This document shows positions 30,111 to 39,603 of a stretch of 64,000 nucleotides of DNA, one piece after another; the first letter of the stretch is position 1, and every line of letters begins with the position of its first letter. This stretch comes from Oscillospiraceae bacterium (GTDB lineage Bacteria > Bacillota > Clostridia > Oscillospirales > Oscillospiraceae): assembly GCA_017410075.1 (NCBI GenBank), contig JAFQRK010000040.1, positions 78 to 64,077 on the forward strand, given 5' to 3'. Made by a program: the position numbers and the translations under genes. The notes under the pieces were generated by a model. That model had not been told where the DNA came from and did not search any database. It was given only the letters and a program-made list of their open reading frames with translations.

Positions 30111-30790
30111 CATCTTTCCAGCATTGCTTTTTTCAGTTTTTGCAGCGCCTTCTTTTCCACTCTGGAAACATAGCTGCGGCTGATTCCCGTCTTCTCCGCC
30201 ACCTCCCGCTGCCGGCTCGGACGGCAGCCGCAGAGCCCATAGCGCATACAGATCACCTGCCGCTCCTGCTCTGTTAGGCAAGTCTTCACAGCCTCCCGTA
30301 CCAAGGCGATCTGCTCCCGGGTACTGATGATCTCCAGCAGGTCTTCATCATCGCTGATTACATCCATCAGCGACAGCGCCGCCCCATCTGTTCCCGTTTC
30401 GATGTAATCCGACAGCGACACATCCTGACTGGACTTCTTCTGACTGCGAAAATACATCAGGATCTCATTTTCCACGCAGCGGGCGGCGTAGGTGGCCAGC
30501 CGTGCGCCCTTGGTCGTGTCAAATGTTGTTATGCCTTTGATGAGCCCGATGGTACCGATGGAGATCAGATCCTCCTGGTCGGAGGTCTGGGCATAGTACT
30601 TCTTCACAATATGGGCAACCAGCCGCAAATTGCGCTCGATCAGTATATTCCGCGCCTCCAGATCCCCGGCCGCGGACAGCTGCAGATAGTGCCGCTCCTC
30701 CTGGGCTGTCAGCGGCTTTGGAAAGCTGCCCGTTGATAACTGCAGAGAATACAGCAAGCTGCTGAGCATCAGCCATACAGCTGCGAGCAT
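30110..30790 (-). CDS. sigK: Sporulation sigma factor sigma-K (pro-form, uninterrupted)
   Basis: Hydrophobic pro-peptide, SFPKPL, ERNLRLVAHIVKKY, DLISIGTIGLIK, ENEILMYFR, GISRSYVSRVEKKAL. Confidence 0.88.
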   Translation of the reverse strand: MLAAVWLMLSSLLYSLQLSTGSFPKPLTAQEERHYLQLSAAGDLEARNILIERNLRLVAHIVKKYYAQTSDQEDLISIGTIGLIKGITTFDTTKGARLATYAARCVENEILMYFRSQKKSSQDVSLSDYIETGTDGAALSLMDVISDDEDLLEIISTREQIALVREAVKTCLTEQERQVICMRYGLCGCRPSRQREVAEKTGISRSYVSRVEKKALQKLKKAMLER

Positions 30791-30948
30791 ATTTTTCACC
30801 CCCAAAGCACTCTATTCGCCGCAGCCCGTCCACATTCTTAGAAAAATGCAGGAAAAATTGCAAGTTTTTCATAGACTTTTGCAGAAAAATCTTGTATGAT
30901 AGATTTGTGAAAAAATGGCAACCCATCATACTGTGCAGGAGGTACAAT

Positions 30949-31425
30949 ATGCTAGACGAATCTTACTACCGCAAAACAGATGAGATCATCTCCCGGTACA
31001 TCCGGGATGCCCGGTCTCTGATCCCCATTATGCAGGATATTCAGGCGGAATACCGCTACCTGCCCCCTGAGCTTTTAAGCTATGTCGCCAAGCAGATCGG
31101 CATTACGGAGGCAAAAGCCTATTCTGTCGCCACCTTCTATGAGAATTTCTCCTTTGAAGCCAAGGGCAAGTATGTGATCAAGGTCTGCGACGGTACTGCC
31201 TGCCATGTCCGCCATTCCACACCGGTGCTGAAGGCACTTTGGAAGGAGCTGGGCTTAAGCCCCAAGCAGCACACCACCGAGGATATGATGTTCACCGTAG
31301 AGACCGTTTCCTGCCTGGGTGCCTGCGGTCTGGCACCGGCTATGATGGTCAATGATCAGGTCTACCCCGCTATGACTCCGGAAAAGGCCGTAGCGCTGAT
31401 TGAAGAACTGAGGAGGAAAGGCTAA
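30949..31425 (+). CDS. hydC: [FeFe]-hydrogenase 2Fe-2S subunit (NuoE-like, HydC)
   Basis: ATFY, VCDGTACH, SCLGACGLAP. RBS AGGAGG. Confidence 0.88.
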   Translation: MLDESYYRKTDEIISRYIRDARSLIPIMQDIQAEYRYLPPELLSYVAKQIGITEAKAYSVATFYENFSFEAKGKYVIKVCDGTACHVRHSTPVLKALWKELGLSPKQHTTEDMMFTVETVSCLGACGLAPAMMVNDQVYPAMTPEKAVALIEELRRKG

Positions 31426-33314
31426 TGATCCACAATTTAAATGAACTGAACCAGGCCAGCGAAGCTGCCCGTCAGCAGCTGCAGGCTTACGATTGCCGGA
31501 TCCTGGTCTGCTCCGGCACCGGCTGTATCGCCACCGGCTCCAATAAGATCCACCAGATCTTTGAAACATTGGTCAGCAACACCCCCGGCGTGGAGCTTGT
31601 ATTCTCCCCCTGCGGCGGCAATCACGAGGAAGCCGCTGTCGGCGTTAAGAAGACCGGCTGCCAGGGCTTTTGTGAGTTGGGTCCCCTGGTCCGTATTCAA
31701 AAGGGCGACAAGGTGATCCAGTATGTCAAGGTCCAACCCGAAGACTGCGAGGAGATCGTGGAAAAATCCGTTTTGCACGATGAGGTGATCACCCGGCTGC
31801 TGTACCACAAGGCAGATACTCCCTATGTTTCCCCCCATGAGATCCCCTTTATCGCCAAGCAGACCCGAATCGTTCTGGAAAACTGCGGTAAGTTTGATGC
31901 TGAATCTCTGGATGAATATCTGGCTGCCGGCGGTTTTGAAGCGCTGAAAAAGGCGCTGTTCTCCATGAGCCGCGACGATGTGATCGACGAGGTCGACAGA
32001 TCCGGTCTGCGGGGCAGAGGCGGCGGCGGCTTCCCCACCGGTCGGAAGTGGAAGCAGGTTGCCCGCCAGGCAGAAGCCCATCGCTTCGTTGTCTGTAACG
32101 GCGACGAAGGTGACCCCGGCGCATTTATGGACGGCTCTGTTATGGAAGGCGATCCCTTCAAGCTGATCGAAGGTATGATGATCGCCGGCTATGCTGTCCG
32201 GGCTGAAAACGGCTACATTTATGTCCGTGCGGAGTATCCTATGTCCGTTGCCCGTCTGTGGAATGCGATCCACCAGCTGGAGGAGCGCGGTCTGCTGGGC
32301 GACAACATTATGGGCACCGATTTCTCCTTCCATATGCACATCAACAAGGGCGCCGGCGCATTTGTCTGCGGCGAAGGCTCGGCTCTGACCGCTTCTATCG
32401 AAGGCAACCGCGGTATGCCCCGCACCAAGCCCCCCAGAACTGTGGAAAAGGGTCTGTGGGAAAAGCCAACCGTGCTGAACAATGTGGAAACCTACGCCAA
32501 TGTGCCCAAGATCATTCTGCAGGGTGCCGATTGGTTCCGCTCCATCGGTACTGCCGGCAGCCCCGGCTGCAAGACCTTCTCTCTGACCGGTGCGATTGAG
32601 AACACCGGCCTGATCGAAGTTCCCATGGGCACCACCCTGCGGGAGATCATCTTTGATATCGGCGGCGGCCTGAAAAACGGTGCTGAGTTCAAGGCTGTGC
32701 AGATCGGCGGTCCTTCCGGCGGCTGTCTGACGGAAAAGCATCTGGACGAGCCTCTGGATTTTGACTCTGTAAAGAAATTCAACGCCATCGTCGGCTCCGG
32801 CGGTATGGTGGTTATGAGCACCGACACCTGTATGGTGGAGGTCGCCCGCTTCTTTATGAGTTTCACCCAGCGGGAATCCTGCGGTAAATGCACCCCCTGC
32901 CGTGAAGGCACCAAGCGGATGCTGGAAATCCTGGAGCGGATCGTCGGCGGCGAAGGCAAGCTGGAGGATCTGGACACCCTGGAGGAGCTGGCTACCATGA
33001 TCCAGACCATGGCTCTGTGCGGTCTGGGCAAATCCGCTCCCCTGCCCGTTCTGTCCACTCTGTCTACATTCCGGGATGAATACATCGCCCATATCGTAGA
33101 CAAGAAGTGTCCTGCCAAGCAGTGTACCGCACTTCGCACCTTCAGCATCATTCCCGTGCTGTGCAAGGGCTGCTCCAAGTGCTCCCGCAAGTGTCCTGCC
33201 GATGCCATTTCCGGCGTTGTCGGCAAGCACTTTGTCATTGATCCCAATAAGTGTATCAAGTGCGGCGCTTGTAAGGACAGCTGCCCGTTTGATGCGATCT
33301 ATGTAGAAGATTAA
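31425..33314 (+). CDS. hydB: [FeFe]-hydrogenase diaphorase subunit (NuoF-like, HydB)
   Basis: SGLRGRGGGGFP, NGDEGDPGAFMD, GAGAFVCGE, ESCGKCTPCREG, C-terminal 2x[4Fe-4S]. Confidence 0.92.
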   Translation: MIHNLNELNQASEAARQQLQAYDCRILVCSGTGCIATGSNKIHQIFETLVSNTPGVELVFSPCGGNHEEAAVGVKKTGCQGFCELGPLVRIQKGDKVIQYVKVQPEDCEEIVEKSVLHDEVITRLLYHKADTPYVSPHEIPFIAKQTRIVLENCGKFDAESLDEYLAAGGFEALKKALFSMSRDDVIDEVDRSGLRGRGGGGFPTGRKWKQVARQAEAHRFVVCNGDEGDPGAFMDGSVMEGDPFKLIEGMMIAGYAVRAENGYIYVRAEYPMSVARLWNAIHQLEERGLLGDNIMGTDFSFHMHINKGAGAFVCGEGSALTASIEGNRGMPRTKPPRTVEKGLWEKPTVLNNVETYANVPKIILQGADWFRSIGTAGSPGCKTFSLTGAIENTGLIEVPMGTTLREIIFDIGGGLKNGAEFKAVQIGGPSGGCLTEKHLDEPLDFDSVKKFNAIVGSGGMVVMSTDTCMVEVARFFMSFTQRESCGKCTPCREGTKRMLEILERIVGGEGKLEDLDTLEELATMIQTMALCGLGKSAPLPVLSTLSTFRDEYIAHIVDKKCPAKQCTALRTFSIIPVLCKGCSKCSRKCPADAISGVVGKHFVIDPNKCIKCGACKDSCPFDAIYVED

Positions 33315-33328
33315 GGAGGTGGACAAAA

Positions 33329-35020
33329 ATGGGTACGATTACGATCAACGGTAAAAAGGTTGAATTTACCAACGAAAAAAATGTTTTGTCCATCATCCGC
33401 AAGGCCGGCATTGAAGTTCCTACGCTGTGCTACCAGCCGGAGCTGAGCGTTTTCGGCGCTTGCCGTCTTTGCACCGTGGAGGATGACCGCGGCCGCTGCT
33501 TCGCCTCCTGCTCAGAAGAGCCCCGGGACGGTATGGTTATCTATACCCATACCGAGCGTCTTCGCAAGCACCGCAAGCTGATCATTGAGCTGCTGCTGGC
33601 TGCCCACTGCCGCGACTGTACCACCTGCGACAAGCACGGCAAGTGTACGCTCCAGAAGCTGGCTTATCAGCACGGCATCAATACCGTCCGCTTCGCAAAT
33701 CACCGGGAAGAAATGCCCGTTGACTTCTCCTCCCCTGCTGTTGTCCGGGATCCCGGCAAGTGCATCCTCTGCGGCAACTGCATCCGGGTCTGCAACGAGA
33801 TTCAGGGCGTCGGCGTTCTGGGCTTCGCCCACCGCGGCACCGAGGCTATGGTATCGCCTGCCTTCGAGCGGAAAATGTCCGAAACCAACTGCGTTGCCTG
33901 CGGCCAGTGCCGCGTTGTATGTCCCACCGGTGCACTGACCATTCACCACAATATGAGCGAGGTTTGGCACGCCCTGCTGGATCCCGATACCAGGGTCATC
34001 GCGCAGGTCGCTCCTGCCGTCCGTGTTGCCGTCGGCGAAGCCTTTGGCCTGCCCAAGGGCGAAAATGCCATGGGCAAGATCGTTGCCGGTCTGCACCGTA
34101 TGGGCTTTGACGAAGTATTCGACACCACCTATACCGCTGACCTGACCATTATGGAGGAGTCCAAGGAATTCCTGGACCGGGTCGGTAAGGGTGAAAAGCT
34201 GCCGCTGCTGACCTCCTGCTGCCCCGCTTGGGTCAAATTTGTGGAAAATGAGTATCCGGAATTCAAGAAAAACATCTCCACCTGCCGCAGCCCCCAGCAG
34301 ATGTTCTCTGCCATTTTGAAGGAGTATTACCGTGATCCGGCCCACTCCGGCGGCAAGAAGACCTTTGTTGTGTCCATTATGCCCTGCACCGCCAAGAAGA
34401 TGGAGGCAGCACGGCCCGACGCCTACACCTACGGTGAAAAGGATACCGACATTGTTCTGACCACACATGAGCTGATCCGTATGTTCGATGCTCACGGTGT
34501 CAATCTGGAGACTATGCCCAGCGAGGCCTGCGATATGCCCTTCGGCATTGGCTCCGGCGGCGGCGTTATCTTCGGTGCCACCGGCGGCGTGACGGAGGCA
34601 GTTCTGCGCCGTCTGGCCGACGGCCACGATGCCGCCACACTGAAGGCCATTGCTGCCAGCGGTGTCCGGGGCGATCAGGGCATCAAGGAGATCACCGTTC
34701 CTTATAACGGTATGGATGTGAATATCTGTGTTGCCTCCGGTCTGGCCAATGCCCGTAAGGTGCTGGAAAGCGTCAAGTCCGGCGAAAAACAGTATCATTT
34801 CATTGAGGTTATGGCCTGCCCCGGCGGCTGCGTTATGGGCGGCGGTCAGCCCACCGACGGCACCCGGGTACAGCGTGCCAAGACCAGAACCCGGGGTCTG
34901 TACGCAGCCGACGGCGAAATGGTCATCAAAAAGTCCAACGAAAATCCCCTGATGGATGTGTTCTACAACAGCTATTTCAAGGACAAGGTCCACGATCTGC
35001 TGCATAATCATCAGGACTGA
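33329..35020 (+). CDS. hydA: [FeFe]-hydrogenase catalytic subunit (group A3)
   Basis: H-cluster motifs TSCCPAW, MPCTAKKME and EVMACPGGCVMGGGQP; N-terminal FeS domains. Confidence 0.93.
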   Translation: MGTITINGKKVEFTNEKNVLSIIRKAGIEVPTLCYQPELSVFGACRLCTVEDDRGRCFASCSEEPRDGMVIYTHTERLRKHRKLIIELLLAAHCRDCTTCDKHGKCTLQKLAYQHGINTVRFANHREEMPVDFSSPAVVRDPGKCILCGNCIRVCNEIQGVGVLGFAHRGTEAMVSPAFERKMSETNCVACGQCRVVCPTGALTIHHNMSEVWHALLDPDTRVIAQVAPAVRVAVGEAFGLPKGENAMGKIVAGLHRMGFDEVFDTTYTADLTIMEESKEFLDRVGKGEKLPLLTSCCPAWVKFVENEYPEFKKNISTCRSPQQMFSAILKEYYRDPAHSGGKKTFVVSIMPCTAKKMEAARPDAYTYGEKDTDIVLTTHELIRMFDAHGVNLETMPSEACDMPFGIGSGGGVIFGATGGVTEAVLRRLADGHDAATLKAIAASGVRGDQGIKEITVPYNGMDVNICVASGLANARKVLESVKSGEKQYHFIEVMACPGGCVMGGGQPTDGTRVQRAKTRTRGLYAADGEMVIKKSNENPLMDVFYNSYFKDKVHDLLHNHQD

Positions 35021-35023
35021 CCG

Positions 35024-35071
35024 AAAGTAAAGAAATCCCCATTCCCGTTTGGGAATGGGGATTTTACTTTT
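35024..35071. terminator. Bidirectional terminator
   Basis: AAATCCCCATTCCC-gttt-GGGAATGGGGATTT with A/T-rich tails. Confidence 0.8.
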
Positions 35072-35072
35072 G

Positions 35073-36221
35073 TTATAGGCCGATCTGGCGGAGGAAGTTT
35101 TCTGTTTCCTCCGACTGTGCCTTATCGGCACGCAGCGTCAGCTGCGCTTCGCGCACCGAGCGCTTCAGCCGTTTGCCGAACAGCAGCTGAAACCATCGCC
35201 ACAACAGCATCACCGGATACAGGATCGGGCATTTTTCCAGCGCGCGATAGCGGTACTTCAGCTCCCGATAGGGCATAAATACACGGTTCAGCAGATATTT
35301 CAGCTTGCCGCCCTTGCGGTGCTGCTTGATGATGATCCGCTGCTTTTTTGTGCCGTAGGTGCCGCCGGCCAGAAGGAACTGCTCCATCTTTTCCGTCAGC
35401 GGTGTAGGCGCTTCGCCTTCAAACCACACCGCGATCAGCGCCAGAACGGCATCGTAGAATTTTTCAATATTGCACTGCTTCAGATACTTGCGCAGCGTTT
35501 CTTCATCATAGGCATTGCACCGACGCAGCAGGAAAATATCCAACGCAGAGCGGATGCCGCTGCCGCCGCCGGTAAAATGGTAGGCCATATGGGCCATCAG
35601 GTGAAATGCCAGGAAATCATTGTCCAGCGCATAGCGGTATCGGGTCTCAGGAACTGCAAATTCCCAAACACGGCCCAGCAGCCGGTCGATATTCTCCATA
35701 GTTTCCAGGATGGAAAAATGCAGCTCCAAATGGACGCCACTGGGAGCAAAAAACCACATATCGTGGTATTTTTTCTTGTGGTCGGTGGTGTAGGAAAGCT
35801 CCCGGATCAGCGCCTGCGCTGCCCGTTCCAGATCCTCTTCCCGAATCAGAATATCCAGATCGCAGCTGGTGCGCATCCAGGGCTCGGGGTAAAATTTCCG
35901 GATCACAGCACCCTTGAGCGGAATATGGGGGATCTGCTGCTTTTCAAAAATGTCACAGATCCGCTTCAGCTCATACTCCAGCTGCACATATCTTTGCACA
36001 GCAGTGAATGTGGCACAGCTCAGATCTTCCAACGCCGCACTTGCCTGAAGATCCAGCGGCGCCAGCGCCTGACCCGGCATATGGGCAAGATCGTGCGCTT
36101 TTGCGAGAGTATAAACCCGTTCCAGGGCTTCGGGGGTGCACGCTTCTTTTACGGCATCGGAAACCGCTTCTTTGCAGGCCGCAGCCCGCAGCAAAGAAAG
36201 CAGGATCTTCTCCGGGGTCAT
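35073..36221 (-). CDS. Nucleotidyltransferase family protein (NTP_transf_5-like)
   Basis: LKG, YP..RTSCDLDILI, LELH, HMAYH...GSGIRSALDI. Confidence 0.8.
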   Translation of the reverse strand: MTPEKILLSLLRAAACKEAVSDAVKEACTPEALERVYTLAKAHDLAHMPGQALAPLDLQASAALEDLSCATFTAVQRYVQLEYELKRICDIFEKQQIPHIPLKGAVIRKFYPEPWMRTSCDLDILIREEDLERAAQALIRELSYTTDHKKKYHDMWFFAPSGVHLELHFSILETMENIDRLLGRVWEFAVPETRYRYALDNDFLAFHLMAHMAYHFTGGGSGIRSALDIFLLRRCNAYDEETLRKYLKQCNIEKFYDAVLALIAVWFEGEAPTPLTEKMEQFLLAGGTYGTKKQRIIIKQHRKGGKLKYLLNRVFMPYRELKYRYRALEKCPILYPVMLLWRWFQLLFGKRLKRSVREAQLTLRADKAQSEETENFLRQIGL

Positions 36222-36255
36222 ATTCTCGCTCCTTTCTTCCATCTGATGCGCAGAC

Positions 36256-37416
36256 TTAGTATTTTCTCCAGACCATCTTGTCCACCACACCGGTGTAGGA
36301 CTGAATGATCTTCACCACCTTGGCAGAAACATTTTCTTCGATGTAGTCCGGCACGGGAATGCCATAGTCGCCATTCAGGTTCATCTGCACCGCGGTGTCC
36401 ACCGCCTGCAGCAGATGCGCCTCATCAATGCCGGCCAGCACGAAGCAAGCCTTGTCCAGCGCCTCGGGACGCTCGGTGGAGGTGCGGATGCAAACTGCAG
36501 GGAACGGCTTTCCGATGCTGGTGAAGAAGCTGCTTTCCTCCGGCAGCGTACCGGAATCGGACACCACCGCAAAGGCATGCATCTGCAGGCAGTTATAGTC
36601 GTGGAAGCCCAGGGGCTCATTGGTGCGCACCCGGGGATCCAGCCGGAAGCCCGTGGCCTCTAAGCGCTTCTTGGAACGGGGGTGGCAGGAATAAAGGACA
36701 GGCATATCGTATTTTTCCGCCATTTTGTTGATGGCGCTAAACAGAGAAAGGAAATTCTTTTCTGTGTCGATATTTTCCTCCCGGTGGGCAGACAGCAGGA
36801 TGTACTTGCCCTTTTCAAGACCCAGGCGCTCAAGCACATTGCTGCTTTCGATCTCGGCAAGGTTTTCGTGGAGAACCTCTGCCATGGGAGAGCCGGTGAC
36901 AAAAGTGCGCTCCTTGGGCAGGCCGCAGTCGGCAAGATATCGGCGGGCGTGCTCGGAATAGGCAAGATTGACATCTGCGATGATATCCACGATCCGGCGG
37001 TTGGTCTCCTCCGGCAGGCACTCATCCTTGCAGCGGTTGCCAGCTTCCATATGGAAAATGGGAATGTGCAGCCGCTTCGCGCCAATGACAGAAAGGCAGG
37101 AGTTGGTATCGCCCAAAACCAGCACAGCATCCGGCTTAATTTCCGCCATCAGCTGATAGCTCTTAGCAATGATGTTGCCCATCGTCTCGCCCAGGTCAGC
37201 ACCCACGGCGTCCAAATAGACCTCCGGCTCTTCCAGCTTCAAGTCCTTGAAAAAGACACCGTTGAGGTTATAGTCATAGTTTTGACCGGTGTGGGCGAGA
37301 ATCGTGTCGAAATACTGCCGGCATTTCTTGATCACCGCCGCCAGACGGATGATCTCCGGCCGGGTGCCCACCACGATCAGCAGCTTCAGCTTGCCGTTAT
37401 TCTTGAAGGATGCCAT
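36256..37416 (-). CDS. fnlC: UDP-sugar 2-epimerase of FnlC/CapG type
   Basis: VGTRPEIIRL, HTGQNYDY, HMEAGNRC, SDSGTLPEES, TERPEA. Confidence 0.85.
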   Translation of the reverse strand: MASFKNNGKLKLLIVVGTRPEIIRLAAVIKKCRQYFDTILAHTGQNYDYNLNGVFFKDLKLEEPEVYLDAVGADLGETMGNIIAKSYQLMAEIKPDAVLVLGDTNSCLSVIGAKRLHIPIFHMEAGNRCKDECLPEETNRRIVDIIADVNLAYSEHARRYLADCGLPKERTFVTGSPMAEVLHENLAEIESSNVLERLGLEKGKYILLSAHREENIDTEKNFLSLFSAINKMAEKYDMPVLYSCHPRSKKRLEATGFRLDPRVRTNEPLGFHDYNCLQMHAFAVVSDSGTLPEESSFFTSIGKPFPAVCIRTSTERPEALDKACFVLAGIDEAHLLQAVDTAVQMNLNGDYGIPVPDYIEENVSAKVVKIIQSYTGVVDKMVWRKY

Positions 37417-37418
37417 AT

Positions 37419-38636
37419 TCATTCCTCCGATTTCTTGATGATTTTTTCGTAAAGCTCCACATATTTTTGGAGCTGGGTCTGCTTTTCAAAATTGTCCAGC
37501 ACCCACTGTCTGCAGGCGTGGGAATAGGCTTCTTTGGGGCTTTCCAGCACCTTTCGGCAAAGGCAAACCAAAGAATCCGCATCGCCGTCAGCCGCCAATG
37601 CGCCGCATTGGGGCGCAACCAGCTCTCGGCTTCCGGTATTATCGTAGGCAACCACCGGCGTGCCGCAGGACATGGCCTCCGCCGTAACCAGGCCGAAGGT
37701 TTCCGCCCGGGACGGATTGACAAACAGATCCGCCGCGCTGTACAGGTCGATCAGCTCCTGCCGGTCGTTTGTAAAGCCGATGCAGCGCAGATTTTCTTTC
37801 TTGGGAACGCCGTTGTCTTCGCCCACCAGGATCACCGTAGCGCTGTCGCGCAGTTCATCGGCGATCTGCAAAAACTCCTGCAAGCCCTTTCTTTCGCTCC
37901 AACCCTGGGATACGCCCAGGATCAGCTTGTTTCCTTCGGGGATGCCGTATTTTTCCCGAACCTCAGCAGTATTATTTTGGGGTTTAAACAGATCTGTGTC
38001 GATCCAGTTGTAGATGTAGGTATTGATTTTTGCGCTGCGCAGCATCGACTTCCCGGCAGCTTCTGCCGTCCACTTGGAAACGCCGTTTACCGCCAAAACG
38101 GGGATGCGGCTATACAGATCTTCCTTGATGCGGTACATTTCGGCACCGGCTTTGCGCAAGCGCTTATCAACCGCAAGGCAATTTTTGCATCCCTTTTCCC
38201 ATTGATCACAATCGTGATAAATATAATGCGCGCAGTAGCCGCAGGTAAACGGCCAGCTGTCGTGGACAGTGACCAGCGTGGGGATCTTATGCTGCCCCAG
38301 AAAGTTCAGCAAATAGGGCAAATGAATGAAATTGCTGTGCAAATTGTGCAGATGCACCACATCGGGCTGAATCCGCAAAAGCTCCCGGCAGGCCCTTTTC
38401 GTCGCCGCCTTGGAATGCCAGCCCTGCTTTCCGTCAATGCGGCGCAGCAGCGCGTGGCGCTTGTGATCCAGCGTGCTGCCAATGCGGTAAAATGCGGCAT
38501 TTTCGTCCGCCCGGCAGGTGATCGCCCAGAATATGTGATTTTCGTGCCCCTGCGCTTTCAGCGCACAGGCGATATCCTGCGCGATCCGTCCGGTGCTTCC
38601 AACGCCGTAGACCGCATTGATTTGCACAATTTTCAT
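37419..38636 (-). CDS. GT4 glycosyltransferase (WcaC-like)
   Basis: GSTGRI, HLHNLH, HDSWPFT, RKG, ETFGLVTAEA. Confidence 0.88.
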   Translation of the reverse strand: MKIVQINAVYGVGSTGRIAQDIACALKAQGHENHIFWAITCRADENAAFYRIGSTLDHKRHALLRRIDGKQGWHSKAATKRACRELLRIQPDVVHLHNLHSNFIHLPYLLNFLGQHKIPTLVTVHDSWPFTCGYCAHYIYHDCDQWEKGCKNCLAVDKRLRKAGAEMYRIKEDLYSRIPVLAVNGVSKWTAEAAGKSMLRSAKINTYIYNWIDTDLFKPQNNTAEVREKYGIPEGNKLILGVSQGWSERKGLQEFLQIADELRDSATVILVGEDNGVPKKENLRCIGFTNDRQELIDLYSAADLFVNPSRAETFGLVTAEAMSCGTPVVAYDNTGSRELVAPQCGALAADGDADSLVCLCRKVLESPKEAYSHACRQWVLDNFEKQTQLQKYVELYEKIIKKSEE

Positions 38637-38645
38637 ACACGCCTC

Positions 38646-39599
38646 TTACAGTTCGCTGTTTTTCTTTCTGGCCAAATGCTCTCTGTCGCCGGGCAAGGAG
38701 ATGGTATTGCCCTCCACCGGCTGGGAATTGCGAATAGTGCTGACAAAATCCTGAATTCTCGCGTCATAATCCTCGCCCAGCACGGCATAGGGGTCGATGG
38801 CGATGCAGCAGAAGCCCACATCCATACCGTTTCCGTCGGGAGAATAAAAACGACCGATCTTATTTAAGTATGCCGCACCGGACAGCACGCCGGACAGCAC
38901 ATCGATCAGCATTGCAATGCAGTAGCCCTTATGACCGCCCATAGGCAGCACCAGACCGGCAATAGCCTCCTCCGGATCTGTGGTAGGTACGCCGTTTTTG
39001 TCCAGCGCCCAGCCTTCCGGCAGGGGCTTGCCTGCATTCTTAAATTCGTTGAATTTCGACTTTGCCACCACGCTGGACGCCATATCAATGATGATCGGCT
39101 CCTGCCCCGGAACGGGGATCACCGCAGCAAAGGGATTGGTGCCCAGGATCTTTTCCTTGCCGCCGGAGGGAGGCATCTGTGCAGGACTGTTGGAGAAGAT
39201 CAGGCCGATAAAGCCCTGCTTCGCCGCCTGCAGGGGATAATAGAACGCCGGGCCGAAGGTGTTGTTATTGCGGCTGAACACCTGATAAATGCCGGATTCC
39301 TTTGCACCTTCCACCGCCATAGCCATACAGTGGCTGGCGCTGACGAAGCCAAAGGAATTGTCGCCGTCCACCACGGCGAATGCCGCCGTCCGGCGCAAAA
39401 CCGGGAATGCAGGCTGCAGATTGTAGCCGCCCCGCTCCACCCGTTTGATATGGGCATCCAGAATGGCTGCACCGTGGGTGGTAACGCCGTAGAGGTCGGC
39501 GGTGGTCATCACATCGGCCACCGTTTCCGCCTGTGCGGCAGGCACGCCGCTTCCAATCAGTTTGGCAGCGGTTTCATTTTTCGCGCGTTCAAATTCCAT
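38646..39599 (-). CDS. Ldh_2 family (malate/L-lactate/sulfolactate-type) oxidoreductase
   Basis: ADLYGVTTHG, DGDNSFG, GTNPFA, DMASS, GGHKGY, LPGDRE. Confidence 0.85.
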   Translation of the reverse strand: MEFERAKNETAAKLIGSGVPAAQAETVADVMTTADLYGVTTHGAAILDAHIKRVERGGYNLQPAFPVLRRTAAFAVVDGDNSFGFVSASHCMAMAVEGAKESGIYQVFSRNNNTFGPAFYYPLQAAKQGFIGLIFSNSPAQMPPSGGKEKILGTNPFAAVIPVPGQEPIIIDMASSVVAKSKFNEFKNAGKPLPEGWALDKNGVPTTDPEEAIAGLVLPMGGHKGYCIAMLIDVLSGVLSGAAYLNKIGRFYSPDGNGMDVGFCCIAIDPYAVLGEDYDARIQDFVSTIRNSQPVEGNTISLPGDREHLARKKNSEL

Positions 39600-39603
39600 A
39601 GCA

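Noticed and set aside
31437-35131. Very long antisense ORFs (629 aa and 539 aa) opposite hydB/hydA, and similar ones opposite fnlA, wzm/wzt and the aminotransferase
   Set aside because: They shadow well-conserved genes, carry no recognisable motifs, and are expected from strong GC-ending codon bias.
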